A stretch of DNA of 62,598 nucleotides, counting the filler, from Rhabdomonas costata (lineage: Eukaryota), in NCBI GenBank assembly GCA_019059605.1. It is 39 parts of 39 records of this genome, joined end to end, with 100 filler letters (N's around TTAATTAATTAA, not from the genome) between each part and the next. Parts side by side here need not be neighbours in the genome. Positions count along the whole stretch, not along the records: positions 36,988 to 38,494 come from JAHMHO010014237.1; positions 38,595 to 40,101 come from JAHMHO010014238.1; positions 40,202 to 41,708 come from JAHMHO010014239.1; positions 41,809 to 43,315 come from JAHMHO010014240.1; positions 43,416 to 44,922 come from JAHMHO010014241.1; positions 45,023 to 46,529 come from JAHMHO010014242.1; positions 46,630 to 48,136 come from JAHMHO010014243.1; positions 48,237 to 49,750 come from JAHMHO010014244.1; 31 more parts are not named here. One strand, 5' to 3'. Of this stretch, positions 36,988-49,530 are shown piece by piece. The notes under the pieces are model-generated. The model had not been told where the DNA came from, did no database searches, and was given only the letters and a program-made list of their open reading frames with translations. How positions within the stretch are numbered: the first letter of the stretch is position 1; each line of letters begins with the position of its first letter. The position numbers and the translations under genes are program-made.

Positions 36988-37422
36988 CGTAAGCGTCGGC
37001 GTAAGCGTTGGGGAAGACGTTGCGGTGGAGGACAGCGTCGCGGTGGGAGTCAGGGAAGGCGTCGCAGAAGGTGTGGCAGAAGGGGTGGTTGTGGGAGTTG
37101 GTGTCGTTGACTTGGACGAAGTTGGTTTGTGTGTTGACGTGGATGTACTGGTCGGGGGTGGTGTGATGGTGATGACAGTGGTGGCCGTAGGAGTAGGTGA
37201 ACTGGTTGAAGATGGGGTGGGTGTTGCAGTGGTAGAAGGGGTGTGGGTGGCAGTTGGAGTTTTTGTTGGAGGTGGCGTCGAGGTGGGAGGATTGGTCGAC
37301 GTGGGAGTTGGGGTTTCAGAGGTTGTGGGCGTTCTGGTGGGCAGACTGGCCACTCGGAGAACATCCGCGCTGGCCAGGAGATAAATAAAAATGAACCATT
37401 TGAAAAGAAAATATCGCTGCAT
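36988..37422 (-). CDS. Secreted or surface mucin-like Thr/Ser/Pro-rich protein, N-terminus
   Basis: Signal-peptide-like MQRYFLFKWFIFIYLLASA followed by about 115 aa of TPT/TST/TAT repeats running off the contig. Confidence 0.75.
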
Positions 37423-40400
37423 TCTTGGATGCGAGAAAAGAAGAATGACTGGAGAAGAAAGAAATAAAGAAAGAAAGAAAGAAGAACGAATTGAAAAAAG
37501 TTGCAGGCTCGTGACAGGCCAAAGAGCTGCGGTCACCGTAACCTCATTCTCACTTTCCTCCGGAGGTGAACTGGGATGTCACGAACTGACGTGAGTCCAC
37601 TGAAAATCTGCTGCAGCTGCAGAAAGGTGAGAAAAGAAGCCGACACCAAGGGCAACACGGCTAGAAACAAAAACAGCTGTCCCGGCTCGCTCAGTTCAGC
37701 TGCATTGCAGTCATCCATGGCTCCAACACGGGAGACGATGGCCGGGTATACCACGGAGATACACGCCCTCGAGAACCTCGAGAAGCACGAGGACAGACAA
37801 TGCTGATGAGCAGGAAGCACAGCCAAAAACAGTATCTTTACAGCCACAGGCCCTCACAGGGAAGAGAGGACAAAAGGGAAACGGAGCACACAAAAGCCCA
37901 CCCCCCAGAAACACAGGAACCCCCACTGGCGCCAGAAAAGCGAGTCGACGGAATGCCTACCCCTCTTTTGGAGCCTCCTCCGTCACCATGGTGGCAGAAC
38001 TGTAGTGCTTCAGAAGAGGCGCCCAGGTGGGGTGAACGGGAAGGTCCACCCTGTCCTCGAGGATCTGCCTCAGCCGAGTTAGGGTTCGGAAAGGTGGAGG
38101 GACACCTTCACGCAAGGAGAGCCGCCTCACTATCCCGTCAACGGTGTGCTATACATGGGGTTGCCAGTGATCGTACGATATGTTAAGGCTGAATGACTGG
38201 TCCTCTGTTCGGCGTTGGGAGGCCTAACTCGGAGCAACCCTAGGAAACAGTAGCATGACTTTTATTGTAGGAGGTGTGGGTTGCCTTGTGCTGAGAGAGC
38301 TGTTTTGCATTGAGTTTTTCTTGGTGCGGAAATGACAGTCCATGATAATGGTCAGTGCGCTTACAAATGGAAGGTGGAAATCCAAAAGAAGTCCCAACAT
38401 CATCTAAAGCTGAAAACTATCATGCCCAGTATTATACCCTAATATCTGAACACCCACCTCCCCCTCATCATTGCAGCCTAACCCACACCCAACCNNNNNN
38501 NNNNNNNNNNNNNNNNNNNNNNNNNNNNNNNNNNNNNNTTAATTAATTAANNNNNNNNNNNNNNNNNNNNNNNNNNNNNNNNNNNNNNNNNNNNGGGTGT
38601 GGGTCTCACACCGAGTAGGGCGAGACTAATGAGCAAAAAGGCAAAAAAAAAGGAAAGGAAAGAAATGCTCAAGCGACGCAGAAGCTGCGTTCCGATTGGC
38701 ACCACTTTGCGAAACAACAAAATGGCTCCTTGCACTAACGCTGCCTTCCACGCATCGACTGGGTAATATACGTGAATATATGTGGTTGAAAGGAAAGACA
38801 CAAACCTCCCTCTGAGCATTATTATTGGATTCTCATCACCAGAGAGGTTTCACCCATCTATATTTCATGTTTTCCACCTGAAGATAAAAGGGGGGGGGTG
38901 GGGAGGATGGACCGATGACGAAGCCACCGATCGCCGCAAAGACGGTGCGCATAGTGGCATGGTAGCAGATCGCCCGGACCTGCCAAACATTCCACAAAAA
39001 AGGTGCGCACCGGATTTCAGAAACACAGAGCGCGCACACAGATACGCCCAGGTCACAGACACACAATGCATATGACAATGCATTTATTTCAAAGGTGCAA
39101 AGCCATCCGTGATATGAAAATCGCTTCTCTGAAAGAAGATGCAGCTCCTAGCCGGGTGAAAGTTGGACCGGATCCAGCTGGAACCTATCCGGTTCGTCGG
39201 ACATTCTAAATTGTCAACCGCCCGACCTATCATTACTATCCACAATCCAACCGCCACCTTCACAGAAAAATATCCTCTCATAAGTGAGATTTTTCCATGC
39301 TAACGTCAAGCAGTCAAAACTCTGATGAAAGATCCGAATCAAAATAACCGAATCAAAAAATGGATCCAATTCATCAAAAATCACCACATCTGCATTTGAC
39401 TCAGATAAGGGTGTAAGACGAAAAATCCCCCCTCCAAACGTCTGTAACTCTGAAGTCTCCAATTTCGGAAACGTTTTTCAGCCTTTCAGGTTTAAATGGA
39501 ACGGCAAAATTCTGACTACAACAAAACATGCAGGATCATCTGCCAGGAAAAATCCAAATGAGTAATGAGAGCTGCGGCTTTGAGAACATGCCTGCTGGAC
39601 TTCTCCAGGTAGGGAGAGGAAGAGACTCGGCTGCACCTGCATTGCTTTTAGTGCAGGGAGCAAACAAGGCAAGAGGAAGAAAGACCAGCGAGAGCAGAGG
39701 GCGGTTTTGTGGGAACCCACTACAGCGGTGGGCGCACCACCGGACTGCACCAAGAGTGCGGTGAGAAAAGAAAAACGAAAGAAAAGACTGAAAACAAAAA
39801 TTCAGCTGAAGGTTCATTAAAGTCACTTGTCGAAGAGATCTAAGAATACTGCCATCATGGCGCGAACAAACAAACGAAAGACCATAAGCAATATTAAGCA
39901 ATAAAGCGTTGAGGAGGGTCAGAGGCGAAAAGCCGAGCCGACGTGACAGGTTCAGCAATGGTGTCCGCCGTTCAGTGGTAAAGTATTTAGTCGACAAATT
40001 ATCGACTTACCGTTTCCCGATCGAGCGCACCCTAGAAATAAAACGTGAATCCTTTCGCACCAGCGAAGAAAATATACCACAACTTATGGTAAAACACAAA
40101 ANNNNNNNNNNNNNNNNNNNNNNNNNNNNNNNNNNNNNNNNNNNNTTAATTAATTAANNNNNNNNNNNNNNNNNNNNNNNNNNNNNNNNNNNNNNNNNNN
40201 NTGTTGGGCCTGTCCAAAGGATCTTGGGCCCCGCCGTGCCGTGACCAGACCGTAACGTCCAAAGTGTGTGCTGCGGTGTGCGAAAACTACCGTTCATGAC
40301 GTGCCGCGCTTCGGATTGGCCGCGCAGGTCCACGGGTGCGGCGTCACACATGTCGGGCATATGGTGGTTAGCCCCCATGGCAAGCAGACAGGAAGGCAGG

Positions 40401-40739
40401 GCTGTCCGTGTCCTTTTCGAGGAAATTTTCCGTTCCGATGGTTCAACATGTCATCATTGATGTACACGACAGAGTATGCGGTAGATGCCTTCTCTTTGCG
40501 CTTGCGCAGATTAACAACCGCAAAACAAGACATTTGCCATTCCATGGTTTTGCCCGTCAACATAATATCCGTGTAACATCAAAAGTTGTAGACTCTGCGT
40601 CCCCACAAATGGCTGCGTAAAGTGATCACATAGCATAAAAACGCCGTGCGTCAGATGGATAATCGGCCGGGCCTATTCAAAAAAGAATCGTTGCATCGTT
40701 GCGGTGCACTAACCAGGCCACCCCAAGGGGAGAGGCCGC

Positions 40740-40940
40740 TCAATGGGCGTGCTCCTTCCTTTCGTGGAGGGAGTAGTGATCCTTGGGCAGCGGCCAGACG
40801 AAGTTGAAAAGCCTGTCCACCCCGTGCTCCACGGGATGGTCAGCGTAGGGAAGAAGAGGGATCATCGCCAAGCCTGCAGCCGATGGTCCCCACTTCTGGA
40901 ACCGACCAACACGCTTGAGAATCTTCTGGAAAAGATGCAC
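40740..40940 (-). CDS. MTFP1: Mitochondrial fission process protein 1 (MTP18 family), last exon
   Basis: KWGPSAAGLAMIPLLPYADHPVEHGVDRLF matches the family C-terminal pattern W.P...GL...P.LPY..D.PVE..V. CTGCAG acceptor and TGA stop present. Confidence 0.75.
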   Translation of the reverse strand: MHLFQKILKRVGRFQKWGPSAAGLAMIPLLPYADHPVEHGVDRLFNFVWPLPKDHYSLHERKEHAH

Positions 40941-41808
40941 CTGCAGAGGCGTGTGCGGATGGGAATGCCCGACAAGTGGTGAGTGGGTATATAGGTGGTG
41001 AGCGGGGTTCCAGGTGGTGGATTCCGACTCAGCGGTTGACTCAATTTGTACACTTTCAAAACTTTAACCCGAGAACCAAAATTCACGCCGGCCAAAATTC
41101 CCCCAGCTGGACAAGCTCCATATGACAGAATGAGATGCTCCAGGAACTGAACGTAGTGAAAGTGCATTCCCAAGGAGTTTCAGGATGAGCTGCCTAGTGT
41201 TACAGAGTTCATAATACTGAACTCGCAGAGCGATAGATATCTGCAGCCTCCCATTAGGAGCACGTGAGGGGGGCAGAGCCTCAAAACGTAGCTATGATGC
41301 TTCTATCACTATGAACATTTAAATTTCATGAACTAATAAAGGCTAATGAGACGCATATGGCAATCACACAACAAAATTCAAAACAGATAAAGACTCATTT
41401 CAGCAAACTGCTGTCCATAAACCACGCCGTTGGTGCACGATACTTTGTCCAAAATCAAAGGATCACAAAATCCTCACAATTTCAGAAAAACCCGACCCGC
41501 ATTCTACTATGCATTAAATGATTAAATGGCATTACTACAAATACCGCGGAAAAATGTTACAACCTTACAAAGGACATGGTTCGTGAATACAAATGTCCAT
41601 GTAGGCAGATATAAAGAAGACAGGAAAGACATGACAAAGGAATGCAACCATCCCTCCTTTTGTGCTGCCACCTGAGTATGGATCACCACGGCAGGCACAA
41701 CAACACAANNNNNNNNNNNNNNNNNNNNNNNNNNNNNNNNNNNNNNNNNNNNTTAATTAATTAANNNNNNNNNNNNNNNNNNNNNNNNNNNNNNNNNNNN
41801 NNNNNNNN

Positions 41809-42810
41809 ATGGATTGAACAATGTTTGTGATATGCGTGTGGCTAAATCTAAATATCTCCAGAGAAAACAGGCTGTCACGAGTTCTAAATGAATTTGATGG
41901 GCTAAAATCTCATTGCCTACGTAGGTACTTCTTAACAGTGACGATGGTGGATGTCGGCTAAGGTGCGATAGTAAATACTGTAGTGATATTTTTGAAAGAT
42001 GCCTATGCATCATGCGGTAGGGTTGTGAATGTAAGATTATTTGGCATGACTTTTGCAGTGACCCTTTTTTTAGGGGACACGGGAAAGGCTTCCTAACCCC
42101 CTGTGCACACGGCTTCTGCCTCGGATTTAATATCAGCTAGAGTGAAACAATCTCCACGTATTGTCAATTTTCAGCAGGAATTTTTGATAGTTTGATGTCA
42201 AATTACAGATCAGTGTAGGACTTGAATAAGTGGTTTGCCGCCTTGTCAAGCAAATACAATTGAGAAGGCTCTTTTGAAGTGTTAGACGGCTTTTGCTACG
42301 TTTCCTATCGGCGATCTCGGTGGTATACTCTGGGGCATAGTTTACTTGACTGATACTTTTCTGGACTGTTGAAGATGTCGTGTGGCTTTGTAATCCCTTA
42401 GATGACCTCGATGTCATTCCAAAACTTCCCAGACAAAATTGCACATATCTGGATGCGTAGGAATTTGGATTGAACATTCTGGAGCATTGCCAAATACTTC
42501 GTGTCTCAAGGAACAAAACCCCAAATTCAGCTGTTGTCAAGCAATTGTAGATTGTTCGTGTTGTAATGCTTCCACAATTTGTGGACCAAATCTATCGGTT
42601 CTATTGAATAGATGAGTCTGCGCCGACTGCAGCCTTGTGAGAACTACACTTTCAAGATTCGTCAATGAACTTTTCACTCCTATATGATCGTTGCAAAAGG
42701 ACTTATGAATCTCAGTGGTTTTGATATGTGACCACGAGTCGCTGTGGTATCGAGTGTCTTGCGGTCTTAGTGTGATGTCCATGGCCGCTCACGTGCTGCA
42801 GTTGAACGTC
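41809..42810 (-). mobile_element. Highly decayed non-LTR retrotransposon (APE endonuclease end plus RT start)
   Basis: Broken-frame motifs in the expected order: FTY...MDITL...NDHIGV (APE TF..ID..SDH), then PLKKG....IILHSQPYR (RT IPK...RPI.L...YK), then YLDLA. Many stops. Confidence 0.4.
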
Positions 42811-43477
42811 CATAGGTAAAAATGGAAAATTTGCTGACAAATTCTGGAATTGTGTTTGAGTAATCTGCGAAGTCGCTTTGGTTTTATTTGTACGTTTTTG
42901 TGCGCTCAGTGGTGTGTGTGGCATTTGTGGTACTTTGCGAAGCTGACTTGACGAACTGTCTGATGCAATATTTGTGGGGTTTCTAAGCTGCTCTCTGACG
43001 CCCCACTTTTGCAAGATGCTCGGTATGCTGATTTCTGTAGAGGCCTTGGCCCGAAGAATGGGCTCACTGCGGGATCCAACGCGTTGTCCTTTTTACTGGA
43101 TTTACAAGGATTCTTGTGTCCGATGTCGTGGTTTTATGAAACTATGACGACCTACTTGTTACAATGTACGTCTCCGGTCTGCTGGCTGTAGCGGCCCGAT
43201 GAACCAATTGGGCAAATTCAAGCATCCACCTTCAGCCCTCGTCCCACTTGCGCAGCTGCGGCCATTCCGGACGGCATGTTGCACAAATGCTTTGACCAAT
43301 CACCCACGCACCCACNNNNNNNNNNNNNNNNNNNNNNNNNNNNNNNNNNNNNNNNNNNNTTAATTAATTAANNNNNNNNNNNNNNNNNNNNNNNNNNNNN
43401 NNNNNNNNNNNNNNNTGTTTTTTTTACTGGACCTTATTGTGCGTGTTGTCACAGTGCTTTAATAAAACACAGCGAAA

Positions 43478-44447
43478 ATGGATTCCCATGGTGGTTCGCA
43501 AAACCCTGGCCCTCACGACCCCAGCGGCAAGATGGTGGCGGATCAGATGCTTGTCTGGGTCTGGATCGTCATTGCGGTGGTATTCTCACTGTTGGCCTGC
43601 ATGCAAATCCGTAATGGGCACTTTTCGTGGGATTTGTGAGTTTGTGACTCCCTGAGTATTTTGCCATCGCATATTTTTTCAGTCGGATTCGTTTTTTTTG
43701 CTCAGAACAGAAAGAGGAAGCATCGTCTGTGTAAGCTTTGACAAGAAGCGGATGCAAATGGCTCTTTAAAAAATATCGATACTTCCCGCTCTCTCCTCAC
43801 CCCGATAATATTGTCCGCGTCATCCCAAAACGCCACAATTAAAGAAGTGTGCACTGAATAAGGCGTTTTCGGACTTAGAAGCTAAAACGTGTGGTGAAAA
43901 AAAACTGGGTTCCACTGCATATCGCTTGTGTTCGTTTTTCAAGATGATTTTGACCTTCCACTGTCACCTCTTACTTATGAGGTGACGCGGGCCATATCAC
44001 ACAGCGAAGTGCCTCCCCCATGGACGTTTAATGGCAGACATCATTGGTGGCAGCGTTGGCCTGGGGGTCATGTCCTTTATCTCACTTTTCTCCTTAAAAG
44101 CGAGTAAAGGTTGTGCTCTACTTTGATGTCAAATGCCTTTGCTGTTGCCCTTTTTTCCCGAGGCTGTGTGGTTCGATCTCGCGCAGCTTGCTGATCGTTG
44201 ACGTTGGGGAAGTGAACCGCTTCATATCGAGGGGAGGGGGCAGAAGCGGGGTAAAATATGGTGGCCCTTTTTGTTCTCTCTGACTCTTATGTTACTTCGT
44301 TCAGATGACGTTGGTTTACTTTATTCGCCGCCGCAACGCTCGACTGGAATCCGGCAGCGTTTCTCAGCGTCCCCGCACGGGGTTGTGGGGCACCGGGTAT
44401 TCCCCTGCGGTGACCCTCCGTTTCTTTGTGGTGCGGCGGCAGAGTAA
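43478..44447 (+). CDS. Apparently complete three-exon gene for a 120-aa single-pass membrane protein (43478-43635, 44005-44066, 44305-44447)
   Basis: Exons of 158+62+143 = 363 nt run in frame from ATG to TAA, with GTGAGT/CAG and GT/CAG boundaries. TM segment: MLVWVWIVIAVVFSLLACM. Confidence 0.55.
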
Positions 44448-45810
44448 CCTGGACGGCTTTCCTATTCTTGAAGCCCGAGCTCGCGAGAGCCACGTCAAAA
44501 CATCGAGTCTTTAACTCCGTGATTTTCTGAATCAAAAAGCAGGAGAATTCCAGTCTACCTGGTCTATTGGGACTTCGGGTTGAGGAGGACATTTAAAGAG
44601 GTGTATCCTTTCACTGGGTTTTAACTTATATCTTCGCTGCCTGCTTTCAAGCCTGCATCGGGGTATTCCGTCTTGCAGATACCCTTCCTAATTCGAACTG
44701 ACAAAACTCAATTTAAAAAAGAACCTCTGCACAGTAAATAGGATCATCTCCAAGGAAAAAATAGCAAACTGTTCCAAATTTTTCTGGCATTCCTTGCCCG
44801 AGGGCTCTTTTTGATCCTGAGGCATAGTCCTCCCGCTGAAATTCCTTCTTGCACCGTCTTTCCTTCTTCCCTTGCTCGCTTGTGAAGGCTATAAAAAAAT
44901 AGATTCATTGACCCAAAACCACNNNNNNNNNNNNNNNNNNNNNNNNNNNNNNNNNNNNNNNNNNNNTTAATTAATTAANNNNNNNNNNNNNNNNNNNNNN
45001 NNNNNNNNNNNNNNNNNNNNNNGATGGTTGCTGCTTGTCGCCAACTCTCAACCCTCTATTCTTTGAGTGGTGGCTCGTGGACTGCGGCGTTTTCCGGTGA
45101 CGAACCGGATGTTTCCTGTCCTCAGTAGGGAGTAGAGAGTGGGCCACTAACCTGTTTCCACCCTAGCGCATATGCACACTTTTGAATTTTATAGCATCGC
45201 TGTAAAATAATTTTTAGCGTTATAAAAAGGGGGGCCACAAGAACCGCCAAACCTCAACCCAGAGCGTTGTACTGGTCACCAAGCCACCACCGGGAGACAT
45301 GTAACTCACAACACAACGGTGAGGACGAACTCGCGCTTCTGGCCCGGGGAGCAAAACCCAAAGCCCCGCACGTACAGCACCCACGCACTCACGCACGGAG
45401 GGTGCGGGAATACTCAGAGCGCAATGCAGACAATACCGCAAGGAAACATGCCCTACAGACAACCCAAGCTAGAGAGGGTGGTTTACACATGAACGAAGCA
45501 AGACGCTTGCGCAGGGTCAGTGGAAAGCCACCCGTACGTAGGAGGAAAACTAAGAGGTTTACGAAGAGGTGCTCTGCAGCAGCTGCAGCACGGAGAGAGA
45601 AAAACGTTGTTGTGGAAAACCTTGTGCCTCACTTTGTTCAGTAGTTCTTTTTCTCCCTTTCAAAAGAGGGGTCGTTTGAGATCAGGTTTTTGGGGGGTGG
45701 GGTTCCGGTGGAGCAATGAACGTGACTGCAGCTAACTGCTCCTTCAGCACTTCCTCCTTTCCTCCTCTCCGAAAACACACTGAAACAACTCGGTTTCATT
45801 TTCCTTGCAG

Positions 45811-46320
45811 TTTGTTTTGTCACCCCCAAGAAAATGCCATTCTCTCAGCGGAAGAGAGCCCGAAAACATCACTTCGAACTTCCCTATCCGTATTGCTCTT
45901 GCTCACCCATAGCCACCAGGCTCCGCAGTCGTCGCTTAAACAAGGAGAACCCTGCATTGGGCTCCTTTTTGCAAACAAAGTACTGGGGAAACACCAGCAG
46001 TCCTGATTTAGCTGAAGAACAACGTGTTCCCCCCTTGTTATACTCACCAGTTTGCTCAGCAGGCTCTACCGCGACTGAGCCAGTGTCTTGTGCTGGAGAA
46101 GGTTTGAAAGGAAGTGCCAGCCCCTCATCAAGGGCCAAGCTTCCAGAATCGCCAACGAAGGCCGCTCTTTCCGAATGTTTGGACCATGATATCGGAATGG
46201 AGATACTTCTTGGTCTCAAGCTGTCTGAGCAGAAGCACCGTGTCACTCCGGATTTTTTTGCGGCGTCACCCTGATCTGAGGCCAAGAATGCGCACTATGC
46301 TGTTAGACTGGATTTTTGAG
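45811..46320 (+). CDS. Cyclin N-terminal exon, with a +1 frameshift in a T7 run at 46253-46259
   Basis: Removing one T gives DIGMEILLGLKLSEQKHRVTPDFLRRHPDLRPRMRTMLLDWIFE|GT, the start of the cyclin box (MRAILxDW). Confidence 0.85.
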
Positions 46321-47241
46321 GTGTGATCCCTTCTTGCATTGCTCCAGGTATAATTTATCCTTTTTATTATTTTTTTTTAACAGGAACAACAACAAAGTCA
46401 TCCACACAAGTCCAGTGTTCAAGGTCCGGCGCACACAACAGCCGCACAGATGCAAAGAGAAGAGAACGTGAGTGCGGGAAAACAGTACAGTTTGAAGGGA
46501 GGAACAATAACAAAAGCTTTCAAGCAGTCNNNNNNNNNNNNNNNNNNNNNNNNNNNNNNNNNNNNNNNNNNNNTTAATTAATTAANNNNNNNNNNNNNNN
46601 NNNNNNNNNNNNNNNNNNNNNNNNNNNNNGGTGGTTGTTGGATTCATATATGTGTGTTGATATTGTAGAACTCCGTCCCCATAACGCTGCGGGGGTGCAA
46701 GAAAATGGGGGTGGGATGCATACTTAAGCAATTCCTGCACGCTTTAATGGAAAGCGCTGGGGAGGGGGTGATCGCGTAATCCCAGATCTAGACGAATTTT
46801 TGTTTGGCGATACGGGCAGAATCTCTTCAAAGCCTGGCGCACTCCAAAGTACCCCGACTGGAAAACAGAGCGGAGCTTTGAGTGAAAACAGCTAGAAAGG
46901 AAAGGCACCACAGATCCGGATACAACGGTTCCGTCCCCCTGGCAAATGTAATTGAAGGCATCACACATCACACGCAGCGTTCAATAAAAACACGTTCCTC
47001 TTCAATTGTTCAGGATTGCGTGTTTCCAAAAACACCAACGGCGGTTAAGACTCATCGAAAAGTCTCAGCTCAACTGCCAGCCAAAACAGCGCCACCGAGC
47101 TGGCCCTCCACTAAACTGCTATGGATTTGAGGACAGAGTAAACTGAAAGAAGAAAGGCAGCAAGGAGTGAGTACTGCTGTCGCGCGTAACCTTGAGCAAT
47201 GCAAAGAGAATCAGATAAATTCCCTCTTCTTTGGAAGAAAC

Positions 47242-47744
47242 CTGCAGTTGCTGCCCGGGAAGTTCACCGTGTCGTTGCACACCGTGGCGTTCAGCGAGAT
47301 GAACTGCGCCATTCCGGCAGAGGAGCTGAAGGATACCAGCCGCCCATGCCCAGGAAGCCCGGGCCAGATCAATGTCGACGCGTAGTAGCTGTCGAGCACA
47401 CCCAGCATGTGCGGCACCGTCAAAGGCCACCAATACTTCATCGCATTCGCAAAGCTGTCCATCCGAAGCCCTGCCTGCCGGAAGTACATCGACTCCGCGT
47501 AGTTCAGCATGTGCCCGATCTCAAACTTCGACACAATCACGTTCATCACGCTGTGCGCGGCCTCCTGCATGTCCACCTCCGCAATGTCTCGCAGACTCTG
47601 CTGGCTCTGCACGTAGGTCAGGTAGAACCCCAGGAACCCCGCCACCACCATCAGGGCAATGAAGGAGACCGTCAGCAGCACCTTCAGCGACATGAGGTGG
47701 ACGCAGCAATTGCGGCATGCCGCCGCAGCTCTCGGAAAGGCCAT
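47242..47744 (-). CDS. N-terminus of a receptor-like membrane protein (TM helix plus extracellular sensor-like region)
   Basis: SLKVLLTVSFIALMVVAGFLGFYLTY TM helix followed by a long amphipathic helix, a layout seen in Cache-type sensor cyclases and kinases. Strong GC3 bias; CAG|GT donor at 47241. Confidence 0.65.
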
Positions 47745-48453
47745 CGCTTGAACCGAGACTCACTCGACTACGACAGGCAAACCTCTCGAGTGAAATAAAC
47801 GAGAAGGAAATAAGGAAAAAGCGGCTGTCTCCCTTTGTGAAGAGACGCAATCCTGAACAAGCGCCAGCGATGTACGAATGAAACGTGGCCGTAAGAGGGT
47901 CTTCCCCAGGCCTCCAATCACAGAAACCGAGCAGCAAGACCGGAAACGCTGGTGTTGAGACCTTGAAGACAAATCCTTCGCTAGTAAACAAGACAGGGCG
48001 CTTGTGTGTGTGAGCACTATCGGCGATTCCACTGACAGGCAGAGAACTTACCAGGATAGGGAGGCGGGCTGTGGTGTACACTGTGAGAAGCCTCATACTC
48101 ACTTTTTGTCAAAAATGAGCTTCCGACAAAAAAACCNNNNNNNNNNNNNNNNNNNNNNNNNNNNNNNNNNNNNNNNNNNNTTAATTAATTAANNNNNNNN
48201 NNNNNNNNNNNNNNNNNNNNNNNNNNNNNNNNNNNNGTTTGTGTTGTGAAGGCTGAGTGCCATTCACGGCCTCCTCAGGAGATGCACAGCAACCTTCGGC
48301 TTGAGACCATGCATGTATAAATACACACAGACCCAGACATACATAGGCACACTGGAACTGAATGGGAAAATTTGCTTGGCCTGGTCAGGAGGTTGGTGTT
48401 TCAGCCTGCTCAGGTGGTTTTCGCTCACGTCTCTTTTTTTTTTTGCCTTTCAG

Positions 48454-48604
48454 CCTTCTGAGCAACTCGATCAAGTTCACGGAGCGAGGCTCAGTCAGCC
48501 TCTACGCTGAGGTCGTTCCTGGGCAGCTCCATCAGAATCGCTCCGCGGAGGAGGAGGGGGTCATTCTGTCTGGACGCCCCGCCGTTCTTCAGCTTGAGGT
48601 CCTT

Positions 48605-48650
<46 letters not shown>

Positions 48651-49530
48651 TGCCCCAGGACTGTACCGGCTACCACTCATGGGGGACACCACACCATGAC
48701 AAGCACAGGATAGCACAATCATCGGAGGAGTGTTCACGAGGGGAACAACGACAACCAAACCTGATGAGACGCTTGGGGCTGCAGGAGGGAAAAGCTTTTC
48801 TCCCGCAAATAACTGGGATCTGGGGCCGCAGAGCGCAGCTGCCCAAGACATCTGGACCACAGGGGGCACGTGGGCTACCTAACCCGCGGGCTACCTAACC
48901 CGCGGGCTACCCATACCTAACCTGCAAAAGCTTCTATTGATATCCCAGGGGATATCATGACGACACTCTGCCCCTTTATTTTTTCTCTGCCGTGCATTTT
49001 ACATATAATGGGGTATCATAGCCATTTACTTTTAGATCGTTATACCACCAGCGCACAATACCATTATACAGCCGGAAATGCCTACGAATATAAGCATCTG
49101 GCGACCGTTTTCTAAAAAAGGTTTTGTACTTGGGTCCGCTGGGCATTGGCTTGCTTGTTGGCTGCTTCGGGCCCCCGCTCAGGTCCGAGACACGGGAGTA
49201 GGGCTAAGCGAGGAGCAGCAGGCCCGCCTGTTCCAGCCCTTCCAGCAGGCTACCACAGAGACCTGGGCGCGTTACGGGGGTTCTGGGCTGGGGCTGGTAA
49301 TCTCCCAGCAAGTTGTTGCCCTGATGGGCGGCACTGTGGGCGTGGATCCTGGGCGCTCTGCCCCTGGGAAGGGCTGCGTCTTCGTGCTGGCCATCCCCAC
49401 GGTCGTTGCAGAGGACTGCCCGCCCTTCTCAGGACCCGCGCCACGGCTGGGGGAGGCCCCCAGCATGTTCCGCAGTGGAGCTTTGGTCTCGGCACGCTCA
49501 GGGCATCCCCCGTGCGCCTCTATTGTGGAG
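48454..49530 (+). CDS. Histidine kinase HATPase_c domain (exons 48454-48598 and 49183-49530)
   Basis: N box LLSNSIKFT, G1 box VRDTGVGL, F box LFQPFQQ, G2 box GGSGLGL, then GKGCVF. In-phase GT-AG intron. Confidence 0.93.
48606..48649. repeat. (CA)n microsatellite in the histidine kinase intron
   Basis: Read directly. Similar tracts occur at 1464-1493 and 8468-8488. Confidence 0.95.

Noticed and set aside
44162..44190. GGTTCGATC B-box/T-loop-like hairpin suggesting a tRNA
   Set aside because: No acceptor stem, D arm or anticodon arm can be formed; it is only a short intronic hairpin.
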